Below are positions 28,841-38,620 of a stretch of 47,448 nucleotides of DNA, in pieces (positions within the stretch are counted from its first letter, which is position 1; each line of letters opens with the position of its first letter). A model generated the notes under the pieces. It was not told where the DNA came from. It searched no databases and saw only the letters and a list, made by a program, of their open reading frames with translations. This stretch comes from Flavobacteriales bacterium (GTDB lineage: Bacteria > Bacteroidota > Bacteroidia > NS11-12g > UBA955): positions 1 to 47,448 of the forward strand of contig NSIB01000003.1 of NCBI GenBank assembly GCA_002737625.1, given 5' to 3'. The translations under genes were made by a program, and so were the position numbers.

Positions 28841-30055
28841 ATGAATATTCACGAGTATCAAGCCAAAGAAATTCTTAAAAAGTACGGTGTAGCCGTTCAA
28901 GAAGGATTCGTAGCGGAAACAGCCGAACAAGCATCGGAAGCCGCCAAAAAAGTCAAAGAACAGTTCCAATCTGATTGGTGTGTGGTGAAAGCCCAAATAC
29001 ATGCCGGCGGGAGAGGAAAGGGTAAAATCCAAGGCAGCGAACAGCGCGGGGTTCAAGTGGCAAAAAGTGCGGATCAGGCCGGTGAAATAGCTACAAATAT
29101 GTTGGGAGGAACTTTGGTTACCATCCAAACAGGTGCTGCAGGTAAATTAGTAAGTAAAGTGTTGGTGGCTCAAGATGTATTTTATCCTGGAGCGAATGAG
29201 CCCAAGGAATATTATATGAGTGTGTTGTTGGATCGTGCTACCAAACAAAATGTAATCATTTACACTACAGAAGGTGGAATGGATATTGAGGAAGTGGCTG
29301 AGCAACATCCTGAAAAAATCCATAGAGAGTGGGTGAATCCAGCAGTGGGTTTGCAACCTTTCCAAGCGCGCAAAATTGCGTTTAACTTGGGTTTGGAAGG
29401 AAAGCCGTTCAAAGAAATGGTGACTTTTGTTACTGCTTTGTACAAGGCTTACGATGAAACCGATAGTGCGATGTTCGAGATCAACCCAGTATTGAAGACT
29501 TCTGATGATCGAATCATTGCGGTTGATGCGAAGGTGGATTTGGACGATAACGCTTTGTATCGCCATAAAGACTTCTTGGAATTGCGTGATTTGGCCGAAG
29601 AAGATCCAACAGAAGTTGAAGCCGGTAAATACAATTTGAACTATGTAAAATTGGATGGTAACGTGGGTTGCATGGTGAACGGAGCGGGTTTGGCGATGGC
29701 TACCATGGATATCATTAAATTGAGTGGTGGTGAGCCAGCGAATTTCTTGGATGTGGGTGGTACCGCCAATGCAGAAACTGTGGAGTCTGGATTCAGAATT
29801 ATAATGAGCGACCCCAATGTAAAGGCGATTTTGATCAATATTTTCGGTGGTATCGTTCGCTGTGATCGTGTGGCCAATGGAGTTGTTGAGGCGTATCGTA
29901 AAATTGGAGATGTTCAAATCCCAATCATTGTTCGTTTGCAAGGTACCAATGCTGTGGAAGCAAAACGTATCATTGATGAGAGTGGTTTGAAAGTGTATAG
30001 CGCAATTACTTTGTCTGAAGCAGCTGCTTTGGTAGAGCAGGTGTTAAAGGCCTAA
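28841..30055 (+). CDS. sucC: Succinyl-CoA synthetase beta subunit
   Basis: [65 protein letters not shown]. Confidence 0.98.
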   Translation: MNIHEYQAKEILKKYGVAVQEGFVAETAEQASEAAKKVKEQFQSDWCVVKAQIHAGGRGKGKIQGSEQRGVQVAKSADQAGEIATNMLGGTLVTIQTGAAGKLVSKVLVAQDVFYPGANEPKEYYMSVLLDRATKQNVIIYTTEGGMDIEEVAEQHPEKIHREWVNPAVGLQPFQARKIAFNLGLEGKPFKEMVTFVTALYKAYDETDSAMFEINPVLKTSDDRIIAVDAKVDLDDNALYRHKDFLELRDLAEEDPTEVEAGKYNLNYVKLDGNVGCMVNGAGLAMATMDIIKLSGGEPANFLDVGGTANAETVESGFRIIMSDPNVKAILINIFGGIVRCDRVANGVVEAYRKIGDVQIPIIVRLQGTNAVEAKRIIDESGLKVYSAITLSEAAALVEQVLKA

Positions 30056-30076
30056 TTATATAAGAATTTTCTTTGT

Positions 30077-30106
30077 AAAAAGGGAGCCCATGGGCTCCCT
30101 TTTTTT
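30077..30106 (+). terminator. Intrinsic terminator after sucC
   Basis: AAAAAGGGAGCCCATGGGCTCCCTTTTT, a perfect 28-bp palindrome running into a T-tract. Confidence 0.85.
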
Positions 30107-30191
30107 GGTACTGTACAATGAAATTGGCAGTGGGTCTGAAAGTGAATAAGGTGGTCCATTGTGCGAATTGTGATCCCATAACTTTGACATC

Positions 30192-33173
30192 ATGAGATTG
30201 GCATTCTATGTCTTGTTAATGACTGTCCTTGGTCCCTTGTTTGGGCAGGAAGGCAAACAAAATCAATTCCCCGAAACCCATTATGATCGGGGGATGGAGT
30301 TGTACCGTGAAGGGCGCTTTAATGCGGCTGTGGCTCAGTTTAGAAATTACCTGAATGTTGCGGGCAATAGTTCTCAGCGATCTGAGGCAGAATACTATTA
30401 TGCAATTTCTAAGTTAAAGGCTCAGCATACCGATGGAGTGGCGTATTTACAGCAGTTTTTGGACCAAAATCCGGGTTCATTAAAAACAAATGAGGCCAAT
30501 TTGGCCTTGGGTGATTTTTACTATTTGAAGCCGAGATATTCCAATGCGTTGCGGTATTATAAAAATGTGGATGAGAAATCGATCGACAAAGAACTTCGCT
30601 CTCGTTTGAACTATCGAAAAGGTTTTTGCTTGGTCAATGCCAAGAAATACAAAGAGGCGGTGGAAGTATTGAAGTCTGTTGCGGATGCTCCCGGCGAGTA
30701 TCGAGATTTGGGCAGTTATTACTATGGATATGCCTGTTTGATGATGGGGGATTATCCACAAGCCATTGCTGCTTTTGAGAGAATCAAGGACAAAGGATAT
30801 GATAATGTGAGATTTTATTTGGCTCAGGTGCATTACCAAATGAGCAACTATGATTTTGCGATTGCCGAATTGGATAAGGTGGGTAATAAAGTGCCTCAGA
30901 ATCAAGTATTTTGGTTGAAAGGCAAGTGTTATTTTAGGAAGAATTCTTTTGAAAAAGCGGCCGAAGCCTATCGTTTGGCGGAGCTTTCTCCGGATACGTT
31001 GAAAGTGGAAGAGCGTTATGAAATTGGATATTCATTCTATCGCACCGGAGATTATGAGGGGAGTTTGAAATGGTTGAGCAGTGTGGCGGCCGAGGGTGAT
31101 AGTTTGTCGCAGATTGCCAGCTTCCAACTCGGAAATGCCTTGATGAAGCAAAAGAACAACCGTGAGGCGATGAATGCTTATGCCGAAGCTTTCCGGACAG
31201 GGTTTGACCCATCCATTGCGGAAATGGCACTGTTTAATCAAGCCAAATTGGCGATTCAATTGGGCGATAACGGCAGCATCGGACTGCTGGATAAGTACGT
31301 CAAATTGTTCCCAAACAACCCCAATGCAAAAGAAGCCACCAAACTCAAAGCGAGGTTGTTGATTAATACGGATAGTTATCGCGAAGCGGTTTCGTTGTTG
31401 GATGGTCTGGGGGAGTTGGATGCGCAAACCGAAGAAGTGTATCAAAAAGTAACCCTGGCTCGTGGGATGGAGTTGTATAAGGCTCGCAATTTAAAAGGAG
31501 CAATAGAACTGTTCGATAAATGCGCATCAAAGCGAACCAATATGGATCTGAACGCGCAGTCGAAGTTTTGGAAAGCCGAAACTTTGATGCTCATGGGCGA
31601 AGAGGCGGCAGCAACAAAAGCCTATCAAGAATTCATGGATATGCCATCTGCCAGTTCAACGGAAATGTACCCGTACGCCTACTACGGTTTGGGTTACATG
31701 AAGTTTCAGCAGAAGAAATACGATGAAGCAGCGAGCAATTTTAGTCGTTTTACCACCCAAGCCGCTCAAGGTCGTTACGACGAAAGAATGGTTCACGATG
31801 GCTACTTGCGTTTGGGCGATTGTAACTTCATGACAAAACAATTGACCGAGTCAGTGAAGGCTTATGCTTATGTAACTGGTAAAAAGGGAACGGATGCGGA
31901 TTATGCTTTGTATCAAAGTGGGTTGATTTATGGCTTGCTAACAAAAAGCGAGGAGAAGGTGACTACCATGAAGCGGTTGATTACAGATTTTCCGAATTCT
32001 CGTTTTGTTGTGGATGCCTATTTTGAGTGTGCTGAGGAATATATGGTAATGGGCAGAAGCACAGAAGCAGAGAAGTATTACAGCGATATCCTTCAGAAAT
32101 TCCCAAACAACCCGAAAGCCAATCGTGCGTATTCTACGTTGGGTAGGATCTATTACAATAACAACAAGTTGAGCAATGCGGTGGAGGTTTATAGCAAGCT
32201 GTACGACAACTATCCGGGCACACCAGAAGCGCAAGCTGCCAACGATATGGTTCGTAAGATCTATTCTGAGCAGGGCGATGCAAAGTCGTATGTGCGATGG
32301 AAGAAAGATCGCGGAGGAATATCAGACAACGATCAAGACAGTTTGATGTATGAAACCGGTTACAATGCCTACGAAAAAGGGGAGTTTGCTGTTGCTAAGA
32401 AAGGTTTTGATGCGTATTTGGCTGACTATCCCAAGGGCTCTTTCTATTTGTCGGCCCATTATTACCTGGCTCAGACCAACGAAGAGTTGAAAAATTCTGG
32501 CGAAGCGATCAAACATTATTCGGTGGTTGCTTTGGCCAATAGCGGAGAGTTGAAAGAAGACGCAGCCTTGGCTGTGTTGAAGTTGAGCGGTGAGAATCCA
32601 ACCTGCGACCAGATATTGGCTTATGTTGAAGTTTTGGAGCCCATTACGCAATCACGTCAGACCAAGCAAAACTGCTGGAAGACGATGATGTATTGTTATG
32701 CGAAGAATGGCAATACAACGGGCTTAGAAACAATTTCTGCCAAGGTATTGGCCGACGAAGGCACTCCAGTAGAGTTGCGCACCGAAGCCAAGTTGATTTT
32801 GGTTAAGGCGGATATCAAAGCGGGTAAGACAGAAAATGCCATGACCGACTTAAAAGACATTTACAGCAAGGAGAACAATCGTTTTGCTGCGGAGGCCAAG
32901 TATTTGGAAGCGGAATTGTTGTATTCACGCGATAGTATTGCTGCTTGTCAGGCCTCTTGTTACATCATATTAGATGAGTTTAACGGGTACGATATGTGGG
33001 TTGGTAAAGCACTGATATTGTTGGGCGATGCGTTTAAAAAGGAAGGCGACTTCTTTAACGCAAAAGCCACTTGGAACGGTGTGATTGAGAATTTTGATGT
33101 TGCTGAGTTGGTCGCCATCGCCAAAGAGAAATTGGCACAATTGGCTGCCGAGCAAGCAAAGAATCCCAAATAA
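30192..33173 (+). CDS. Large exported tetratricopeptide-repeat protein
   Basis: Signal peptide and many TPR units (e.g. YYYGYA...GDY.QAI.AF, AYYGLGY..FQQKKY, LRLGDCNF). TAACTTTG box at 30179-30186. Confidence 0.9.
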   Translation: MRLAFYVLLMTVLGPLFGQEGKQNQFPETHYDRGMELYREGRFNAAVAQFRNYLNVAGNSSQRSEAEYYYAISKLKAQHTDGVAYLQQFLDQNPGSLKTNEANLALGDFYYLKPRYSNALRYYKNVDEKSIDKELRSRLNYRKGFCLVNAKKYKEAVEVLKSVADAPGEYRDLGSYYYGYACLMMGDYPQAIAAFERIKDKGYDNVRFYLAQVHYQMSNYDFAIAELDKVGNKVPQNQVFWLKGKCYFRKNSFEKAAEAYRLAELSPDTLKVEERYEIGYSFYRTGDYEGSLKWLSSVAAEGDSLSQIASFQLGNALMKQKNNREAMNAYAEAFRTGFDPSIAEMALFNQAKLAIQLGDNGSIGLLDKYVKLFPNNPNAKEATKLKARLLINTDSYREAVSLLDGLGELDAQTEEVYQKVTLARGMELYKARNLKGAIELFDKCASKRTNMDLNAQSKFWKAETLMLMGEEAAATKAYQEFMDMPSASSTEMYPYAYYGLGYMKFQQKKYDEAASNFSRFTTQAAQGRYDERMVHDGYLRLGDCNFMTKQLTESVKAYAYVTGKKGTDADYALYQSGLIYGLLTKSEEKVTTMKRLITDFPNSRFVVDAYFECAEEYMVMGRSTEAEKYYSDILQKFPNNPKANRAYSTLGRIYYNNNKLSNAVEVYSKLYDNYPGTPEAQAANDMVRKIYSEQGDAKSYVRWKKDRGGISDNDQDSLMYETGYNAYEKGEFAVAKKGFDAYLADYPKGSFYLSAHYYLAQTNEELKNSGEAIKHYSVVALANSGELKEDAALAVLKLSGENPTCDQILAYVEVLEPITQSRQTKQNCWKTMMYCYAKNGNTTGLETISAKVLADEGTPVELRTEAKLILVKADIKAGKTENAMTDLKDIYSKENNRFAAEAKYLEAELLYSRDSIAACQASCYIILDEFNGYDMWVGKALILLGDAFKKEGDFFNAKATWNGVIENFDVAELVAIAKEKLAQLAAEQAKNPK

Positions 33174-33208
33174 AGAGTTGTTGTAGTTTTATTTCATAGG
33201 GTTAAATG

Positions 33209-33234
33209 AGGGGGCGGGAGCGCCCCCTTTTTTT
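33209..33234 (+). terminator. Intrinsic terminator after the TPR gene
   Basis: AGGGGGCG-GGAG-CGCCCCCT followed by a T-tract, between convergent genes. Confidence 0.8.
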
Positions 33235-33271
33235 GCTGTGAAGCAAATATGAAAATTGATTCTAATCGATC

Positions 33272-34177
33272 TTATTTCAAATCCAAAAGGGTAGAACCCA
33301 TTTTGTATCCTTCTGAGTAAATCTCCACCGTGTATTTTCCCGGCTTTAATTGCTCCGTAGGCTTCCAAACTGTGGGTTGTACAGGCTTGGTCTCGTTTTC
33401 AAATACCGCTGAAATCTTGTAGGTGTACTTGCTTGATTTACCATCAATGTCAAATGTCCCACCTTGACCAGAATTGGCAAGTGTTACACCTTCAGGGCCT
33501 GTGATTTTAACATACAAGGTTTTGTCGCCTGCTGCAGCTACATTGTTCTCGTTGATGCTAAAGCTGATTCTAAATGCCTCTACAGCGTTCGCCTTTAAGG
33601 TTCCAGTTTCTTTGCCGGTTAACCACTTCTTTTTCAAGGTTTCGATTTTAACCGCGCTGGCTTGAAGTCTAGATGCCAAACTTTTCAGTTTCGCTTTGTC
33701 AGCAGAAAGATTTGTATTTTCCTTGTTCAAATTATCGTTCTGATTCGTCAAAACTTCATTTTTAGTAATCAATTCTTCATTCTCAGATTCAACTTGGGCC
33801 AAACGGGCTAATAGATCAGCCAATTGCTTGTTTAAGTAATTCACTGCGGCCTGGCTATTCGCTTTATTCGACTTAAGATCGGCTACCAATTTTGCGATTT
33901 CTCTTTTACGACTTACCAATTCCTCAGAAAGAATTAGGTTGTCGCCGGCCAGTGCCAAACTATCCTTTTGATATTGTTCGAGAAGCAATTCTGCTTTCAC
34001 TAGGGCTTCTTCTTTCCCTTTGAGTGTTTCTTCAACTGCGGTTTTGGCTTTTTCCGTGTTGTCTTTTTCAACGCTTACATTGTTTAACATGTAAAGAAGT
34101 ACTGCGATGATTACAACCAAAATTGCGATAATGGTGTACAGCAGCGGCTTGTTGTTGGATTCGTTTTGGTTTTGCAT
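33272..34177 (-). CDS. Membrane-anchored coiled-coil protein with C-terminal Ig-like beta domain (function unknown)
   Basis: Single N-terminal TM helix, long heptad region, C-terminal YVKITGPEG...LKPGKYTVEIY. Confidence 0.75.
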   Translation of the reverse strand: MQNQNESNNKPLLYTIIAILVVIIAVLLYMLNNVSVEKDNTEKAKTAVEETLKGKEEALVKAELLLEQYQKDSLALAGDNLILSEELVSRKREIAKLVADLKSNKANSQAAVNYLNKQLADLLARLAQVESENEELITKNEVLTNQNDNLNKENTNLSADKAKLKSLASRLQASAVKIETLKKKWLTGKETGTLKANAVEAFRISFSINENNVAAAGDKTLYVKITGPEGVTLANSGQGGTFDIDGKSSKYTYKISAVFENETKPVQPTVWKPTEQLKPGKYTVEIYSEGYKMGSTLLDLK

Positions 34178-34262
34178 ATTGCTAAATGTTTAGAAATCTT
34201 GTGCAAGTAAATGACAAACTTCTTGCCAAAGCGGATTTTTGGGCAGTGATTTGTATTTATTT

Positions 34263-34802
34263 ATGCGAATAACGGAATTATTGCCCAATTTATTACTAAT
34301 CGAGCCAAAGGTTTTTGAAGACCATAGGGGTCATTTTTTTGAGAGTTTTCGTGAGGATGTATTAAAAGAACACGGATTAACTGCGCCATTTGTTCAAGAC
34401 AACCAGAGTCTATCTCATCGGGGCATACTTCGCGGGTTACATTTTCAGCAGGCCCCCTATGCCCAAGGCAAATTTGTTCGGGTTATCACGGGTGCTGTTT
34501 TGGATGTGGCTTTGGATATTCGCAAAGATTCCCCTACCTATGGCCAATTTGTTGCAGAGGAACTCACTGCCAGCAATAAAAGGATGCTCTATATACCGCC
34601 GGGTTTTGCGCATGGCTTTGCGACTTTGGAAGACAATACAATCTTTACCTATAAATGCACCGATTACTATTACCCTGAATCGGAGGGAGGCATATTGTGG
34701 AATAGCGCATCGTTAAACATCCCTTGGGGATTGGAAAATCCTGTTTTGTCGGCCAAAGATGAGTTATTGTCTGACTTTGCTCATTTTATTTCTCCTTTTT
34801 AA
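34263..34802 (+). CDS. rfbC: dTDP-4-dehydrorhamnose 3,5-epimerase
   Basis: DHRGHFFESF, FVQDNQSLS, LRGLHFQ, DIRKDSPTYG, IPPGFAHGF, YKC. Start set at ATG 34263. Confidence 0.96.
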   Translation: MRITELLPNLLLIEPKVFEDHRGHFFESFREDVLKEHGLTAPFVQDNQSLSHRGILRGLHFQQAPYAQGKFVRVITGAVLDVALDIRKDSPTYGQFVAEELTASNKRMLYIPPGFAHGFATLEDNTIFTYKCTDYYYPESEGGILWNSASLNIPWGLENPVLSAKDELLSDFAHFISPF

Positions 34803-34825
34803 TTGTCATTTTTGAGGAATTAACC

Positions 34826-35779
34826 ATGGAACAATCACAAAAAACGGAAGCATTAATTGTTGAATTGCGCGCAAAATTTGAGGCCAGCGGACAGAGTATT
34901 AATGATTATTTGGAGGGGATGTTGGTGGGGAACTATGAACCCTATTGGCGTTACATCGCGGTGGATGCGTTGTTGGGTTTGCAACAGCCCAAGACCGATT
35001 TACCCGATGAGATGATATTTATTGGGTATCACCAAATCACAGAGTTGTATTTCAAATTGATACTTCACGAATTGGATCAAATGCGTGATGTGAATTTGGG
35101 CGGCAAACGATTTGCGGATAAACTATGTAGGATTCGTAGATATTTTAATAACCTGATTTACAGTTTTGATATCATGATAGACGGGATGGAGAAGGAGCAA
35201 TTCTTGAAGTTTCGGATGGCTTTGTTGCCCGCGAGTGGGTTTCAAAGTGCACAATTCCGTTTGATTGAAATGGCGTTTACGGATTTAAACAATTTGGCAT
35301 TGGCCGAGCAACGCGAGGCCTTAATAGGACAGAATTTGGAAACGCAATACAACGCAATCTATTGGAAACAAGGTGCTGTGGTTGTAGAAACGGGTAAGAA
35401 AACACTGACATTAACTCAGTTTGAAGACGCTCATCAAGATCAGTTTTTGCAATGGGCCGCCAAATGGCAGGACAATAACCTATGGCAAATGGCTCAAAAG
35501 CTTATGTCGTTGGGAGAATTTACCGACGAACTCCGCGAAGAGTTCCGTATGTTAGATACTTGTCTGAATGTCAATTGGAGATTGTCGCATTATCGCTCCG
35601 CCGTTCGATACCTGGCCAATTCCGATTCAGGCGCTGATGCCCCCGCAACCGGTGGTACCAATTGGCAGAAGTTCCTGCCTCCGCGTTTTCAAAAAATCGT
35701 TTCTTTCCCTGGACTTTGGAGCGAAGAAGAATTGCAGAACTGGGGTAAAGGTTGGGTTGAAGAGCAATTGACGCGCTAA
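34826..35779 (+). CDS. kynA: Tryptophan 2,3-dioxygenase family protein
   Basis: DEMIFIGYHQITELYFK, FRMALLPASGFQSAQFRLIE, WRLSH, ATGGT. Confidence 0.88.
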   Translation: MEQSQKTEALIVELRAKFEASGQSINDYLEGMLVGNYEPYWRYIAVDALLGLQQPKTDLPDEMIFIGYHQITELYFKLILHELDQMRDVNLGGKRFADKLCRIRRYFNNLIYSFDIMIDGMEKEQFLKFRMALLPASGFQSAQFRLIEMAFTDLNNLALAEQREALIGQNLETQYNAIYWKQGAVVVETGKKTLTLTQFEDAHQDQFLQWAAKWQDNNLWQMAQKLMSLGEFTDELREEFRMLDTCLNVNWRLSHYRSAVRYLANSDSGADAPATGGTNWQKFLPPRFQKIVSFPGLWSEEELQNWGKGWVEEQLTR

Positions 35780-35791
35780 TTATTAATTTCA

Positions 35792-36202
35792 ATGTCCAAC
35801 GAAACACCGCAATCTATTCCAAACGAAACGCCGCATTTTCAGGAAACTGTAATGCCGTCTGCTGAACCAATCACTTTGGTGGAGGCCCAGGCGATGGTAG
35901 ACAATTGGATTAAAACCGTAGGCGTTCGTTATTTTTCAGAACTTACCAATACCGCCGTTTTAATGGAAGAAGTGGGTGAATTGGCTCGTTTGATGTCGAG
36001 GAGCTACGGCGACCAATCCTTTAAATCCGGGGAAAAACAAGGTCCCGAAGCACTCGGCGATGAAATGTCTGATGTGCTATTTGTGTTGATCTGTTTGGCC
36101 AATCAAACAGGAGTTGACTTAACCCAAGCGTTTTATCGAGGTATGGAAAAGCGGACGAAACGGGATGCGGAACGACATAAAAACAATCCTAAGTTGGGTT
36201 GA
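35792..36202 (+). CDS. Single-domain MazG-like nucleotide pyrophosphohydrolase (YpjD-like)
   Basis: GVRYFSELTN, LMEEVGELAR, YGDQSFK, LGDEMSDVLFVLICLANQTGVDL, RDAERH. Start uncertain. Confidence 0.88.
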   Translation: MSNETPQSIPNETPHFQETVMPSAEPITLVEAQAMVDNWIKTVGVRYFSELTNTAVLMEEVGELARLMSRSYGDQSFKSGEKQGPEALGDEMSDVLFVLICLANQTGVDLTQAFYRGMEKRTKRDAERHKNNPKLG

Positions 36203-36258
36203 TTGCAGAGGGCAAAGGGAAAACAAAGCGGCGATTTAATCGTTAACTTTGCGTTGCC

Positions 36259-37272
36259 GTGACAAATTCTACCATTAGTTCCCGAAAGTTAGACCACATT
36301 CAATTGGCATTTGAAGCGCAGTTGAGCGATGTGGATCGAAGGTTTTATTACGAACCGATGTTGGCGGCGCACCCAAAATTGGATGTAATTCCCAAGATAG
36401 AAGTGGCAGGGGCGTTCATGCTTGCTCCAATTTGGATTAGCAGTATGACAGGCGGCGCGGAGCTGGCAGGTAAAATCAATTTATTACTGGCCGAAGTATG
36501 TAAAAATCATGGGTTGGGTATGGGATTGGGTTCATGTAGACCCGTTTTGGAGAACTCGGCCTATTCAAACGACTTTGATATCCGCAAATACATTGGTGAT
36601 CAACCCTTATTTGCCAATTTAGGGATTGCACAAATAGAAGAATTAATTGCGTCAAATCAACTGCAAAAGCTCATCGATATGGTGCACCGCTTGCAGGCCA
36701 ATGGTTTGATAATACATGTAAATCCTTTGCAAGAATGGATGCAACCCGAAGGCGATCGATTTGAGTTATCGCCCATAGAAACGGTAAAACGTGTTTTGGA
36801 TGCAGTGAAATTTCCTATCATCGTAAAAGAGGTAGGTCAGGGGTTTGGCCCTAAGAGTTTAGAAGCTTTGTTGCAATTGCCCCTAGAAGCACTGGATTAT
36901 GGCGCTTTTGGCGGGACAAATTTTAGCAAATTAGAGAATTTACGTCGTGAATCGTTGGAGCGTGGCCTTCTAGAACCCGTTCAGCATGTGGGTCATACCG
37001 CTGAAGAAATGACACCTTGGGTAAACGCAATCGCGGAGAAATTGGGCCACAAGGTCCAGTGCAAACGAATCATTGTATCGGGTGGGATTTCGAATTTCTT
37101 AGATGGATATTACCATTTGCAAAAATTGCAAATGTCGTCGTTGTACGCCCAAGCATCGCCTTTCTTGAAATACGCTTTAGAAGGGGAAGATGCTTTAAAT
37201 CAATTTGTTGAATCCCAAATCAAAGGCTTGGCTTTGGCATATACCTATTTAACTTTGAAAGAGAACGCATGA
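36259..37272 (+). CDS. fni: Type 2 (FMN-dependent) isopentenyl-diphosphate isomerase
   Basis: RKLDHI, ISSMTGG, GLGS, ANLG, HVNPLQE..QPEGD, IVKEVGQG, GGTNF, SGGI. TAACTTTG box at 36244-36251. Confidence 0.92.
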   Translation: MTNSTISSRKLDHIQLAFEAQLSDVDRRFYYEPMLAAHPKLDVIPKIEVAGAFMLAPIWISSMTGGAELAGKINLLLAEVCKNHGLGMGLGSCRPVLENSAYSNDFDIRKYIGDQPLFANLGIAQIEELIASNQLQKLIDMVHRLQANGLIIHVNPLQEWMQPEGDRFELSPIETVKRVLDAVKFPIIVKEVGQGFGPKSLEALLQLPLEALDYGAFGGTNFSKLENLRRESLERGLLEPVQHVGHTAEEMTPWVNAIAEKLGHKVQCKRIIVSGGISNFLDGYYHLQKLQMSSLYAQASPFLKYALEGEDALNQFVESQIKGLALAYTYLTLKENA

Positions 37273-38615
37273 TTAAACCGGTCAAAGGATTTAGTAAATT
37301 AAGCAAAGAGGCCAAAATTGAATGGCTTGTCAATAATTACACATCAGACGCTTCATCCACCATGGAAATGTTGGAAGGCTACTGGCACAATCAGCCGGAG
37401 GTACAGAAGTTGCACGATGAATTCATCGAGAACACAATTAGCAATTTTTATATGCCTTTTGGCGTGGCACCCAATTTTCTGATTAACGGGAAGATGTATG
37501 CCATTCCATTGGCTATTGAGGAGAGTTCAGTAGTGGCGGCCGCGGCGAAGGCGGCGAATTTCTGGATCGACAGAGGAGGATTTACCACCAAGGTAATTGG
37601 TATGGTGAAAGTGGGTCATGTTCATTTCATTTGGGAGGGTTCCAATGTTGCGGGGCTGTATCGCGTTTTTGAGGAGCATAAGCATCGTTTTTTTGAAAAC
37701 ACGGAAGGAATTACCAAGAACATGCGCGCCAGAGGTGGTGGGGTGTTGGATTTGACGTTACAAGATAAAACAGATTTAGAGCCTGGTTATTATCAAGTGG
37801 AGGCTCGTTTTGAGACTTGCGATAGCATGGGGGCAAATTTTATTAATAGTTGCTTGGAATCGTTTGCGCAGACATTGAAAGACTTGGCGGCCGAATATGC
37901 TGCTGAATTGGGCGATGCTACATTGCAGGTGGTGATGAGTATTTTGAGCAATTTTACGCCGGAGTGTTTGGTAAGGGCAGAAGTGAGTTGTAAGATTTCG
38001 GAGATTGAGGAAGGCAGTGGCATCGGAAATCTCGAGTTTGCGGAAAAGTTTTGTAGAGCCATTCGCATCGCATCGGTGGAACCTTATCGGGCGGTGACGC
38101 ACAATAAAGGGATTATGAACGGGATCGACTCAGTGATTATTGCTACGGGTAATGATTTTAGGGCTACTGAGGCTTGTGCGCATGCTTTTGCTGCCAAAGA
38201 GGGCCGATATACGAGTTTGACGCATGCTTCAATTGAGGGCGATGAGTTTCATTTTTGGATTGAGTTGCCGTTGAGCATTGGTACGGTTGGCGGGATTACC
38301 AATTTGCATCCGATGGTGAGGTTTGCCCATGAATTATTGGGATATCCTTCTGCCAATGAATTGATGCAGATTACTGCTGTTGCTGGTCTGGCACAGAATT
38401 TTAGTGCGGTTCGATCTTTGATTACTTCGGGGATTCAAAAGGGTCACATGAAGATGCATTTGTTGAATATTTTGAATCAATTGGAAGCCACGGATGCAGA
38501 AAAGGAAGAAATTGTTTCGTATTTCAAAGATAAGGTGGTGAGTCATTCTGCGGCGGTGGAGGCATTTCTGCGGGTGAGGGGTTTGGCTGCGGTACATTCG
38601 AACAAAAACAATTAA
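37269..38615 (+). CDS. mvaA: HMG-CoA reductase, class II
   Basis: IENTIS, PLAIEESSVVAAA, DSMGANFIN, RAVTHNKGIMNG, TGNDFRA, GLAQNFSA, GIQKGHMKMH. Confidence 0.95.
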   Translation: MIKPVKGFSKLSKEAKIEWLVNNYTSDASSTMEMLEGYWHNQPEVQKLHDEFIENTISNFYMPFGVAPNFLINGKMYAIPLAIEESSVVAAAAKAANFWIDRGGFTTKVIGMVKVGHVHFIWEGSNVAGLYRVFEEHKHRFFENTEGITKNMRARGGGVLDLTLQDKTDLEPGYYQVEARFETCDSMGANFINSCLESFAQTLKDLAAEYAAELGDATLQVVMSILSNFTPECLVRAEVSCKISEIEEGSGIGNLEFAEKFCRAIRIASVEPYRAVTHNKGIMNGIDSVIIATGNDFRATEACAHAFAAKEGRYTSLTHASIEGDEFHFWIELPLSIGTVGGITNLHPMVRFAHELLGYPSANELMQITAVAGLAQNFSAVRSLITSGIQKGHMKMHLLNILNQLEATDAEKEEIVSYFKDKVVSHSAAVEAFLRVRGLAAVHSNKNN

Positions 38616-38620
38616 AACAA

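Noticed and set aside
29147-29941. 264-aa antisense ORF over sucC (similar ones at 11246-11938, 38673-39398, 45341-45868)
   Set aside because: They shadow well-conserved genes, have no recognisable motifs, and are expected from codon bias on the sense strand.
28841-30055. sucC without adjacent sucD
   Set aside because: Separation of sucC and sucD is common in Bacteroidota; sucD is probably elsewhere in the genome.
37535-37556. GC-rich run GGCGGCCGCGGCGAAGGCGGCG in mvaA
   Set aside because: Codes the conserved VAAAAKAA helix; at most a 5-bp stem and no compositional switch.
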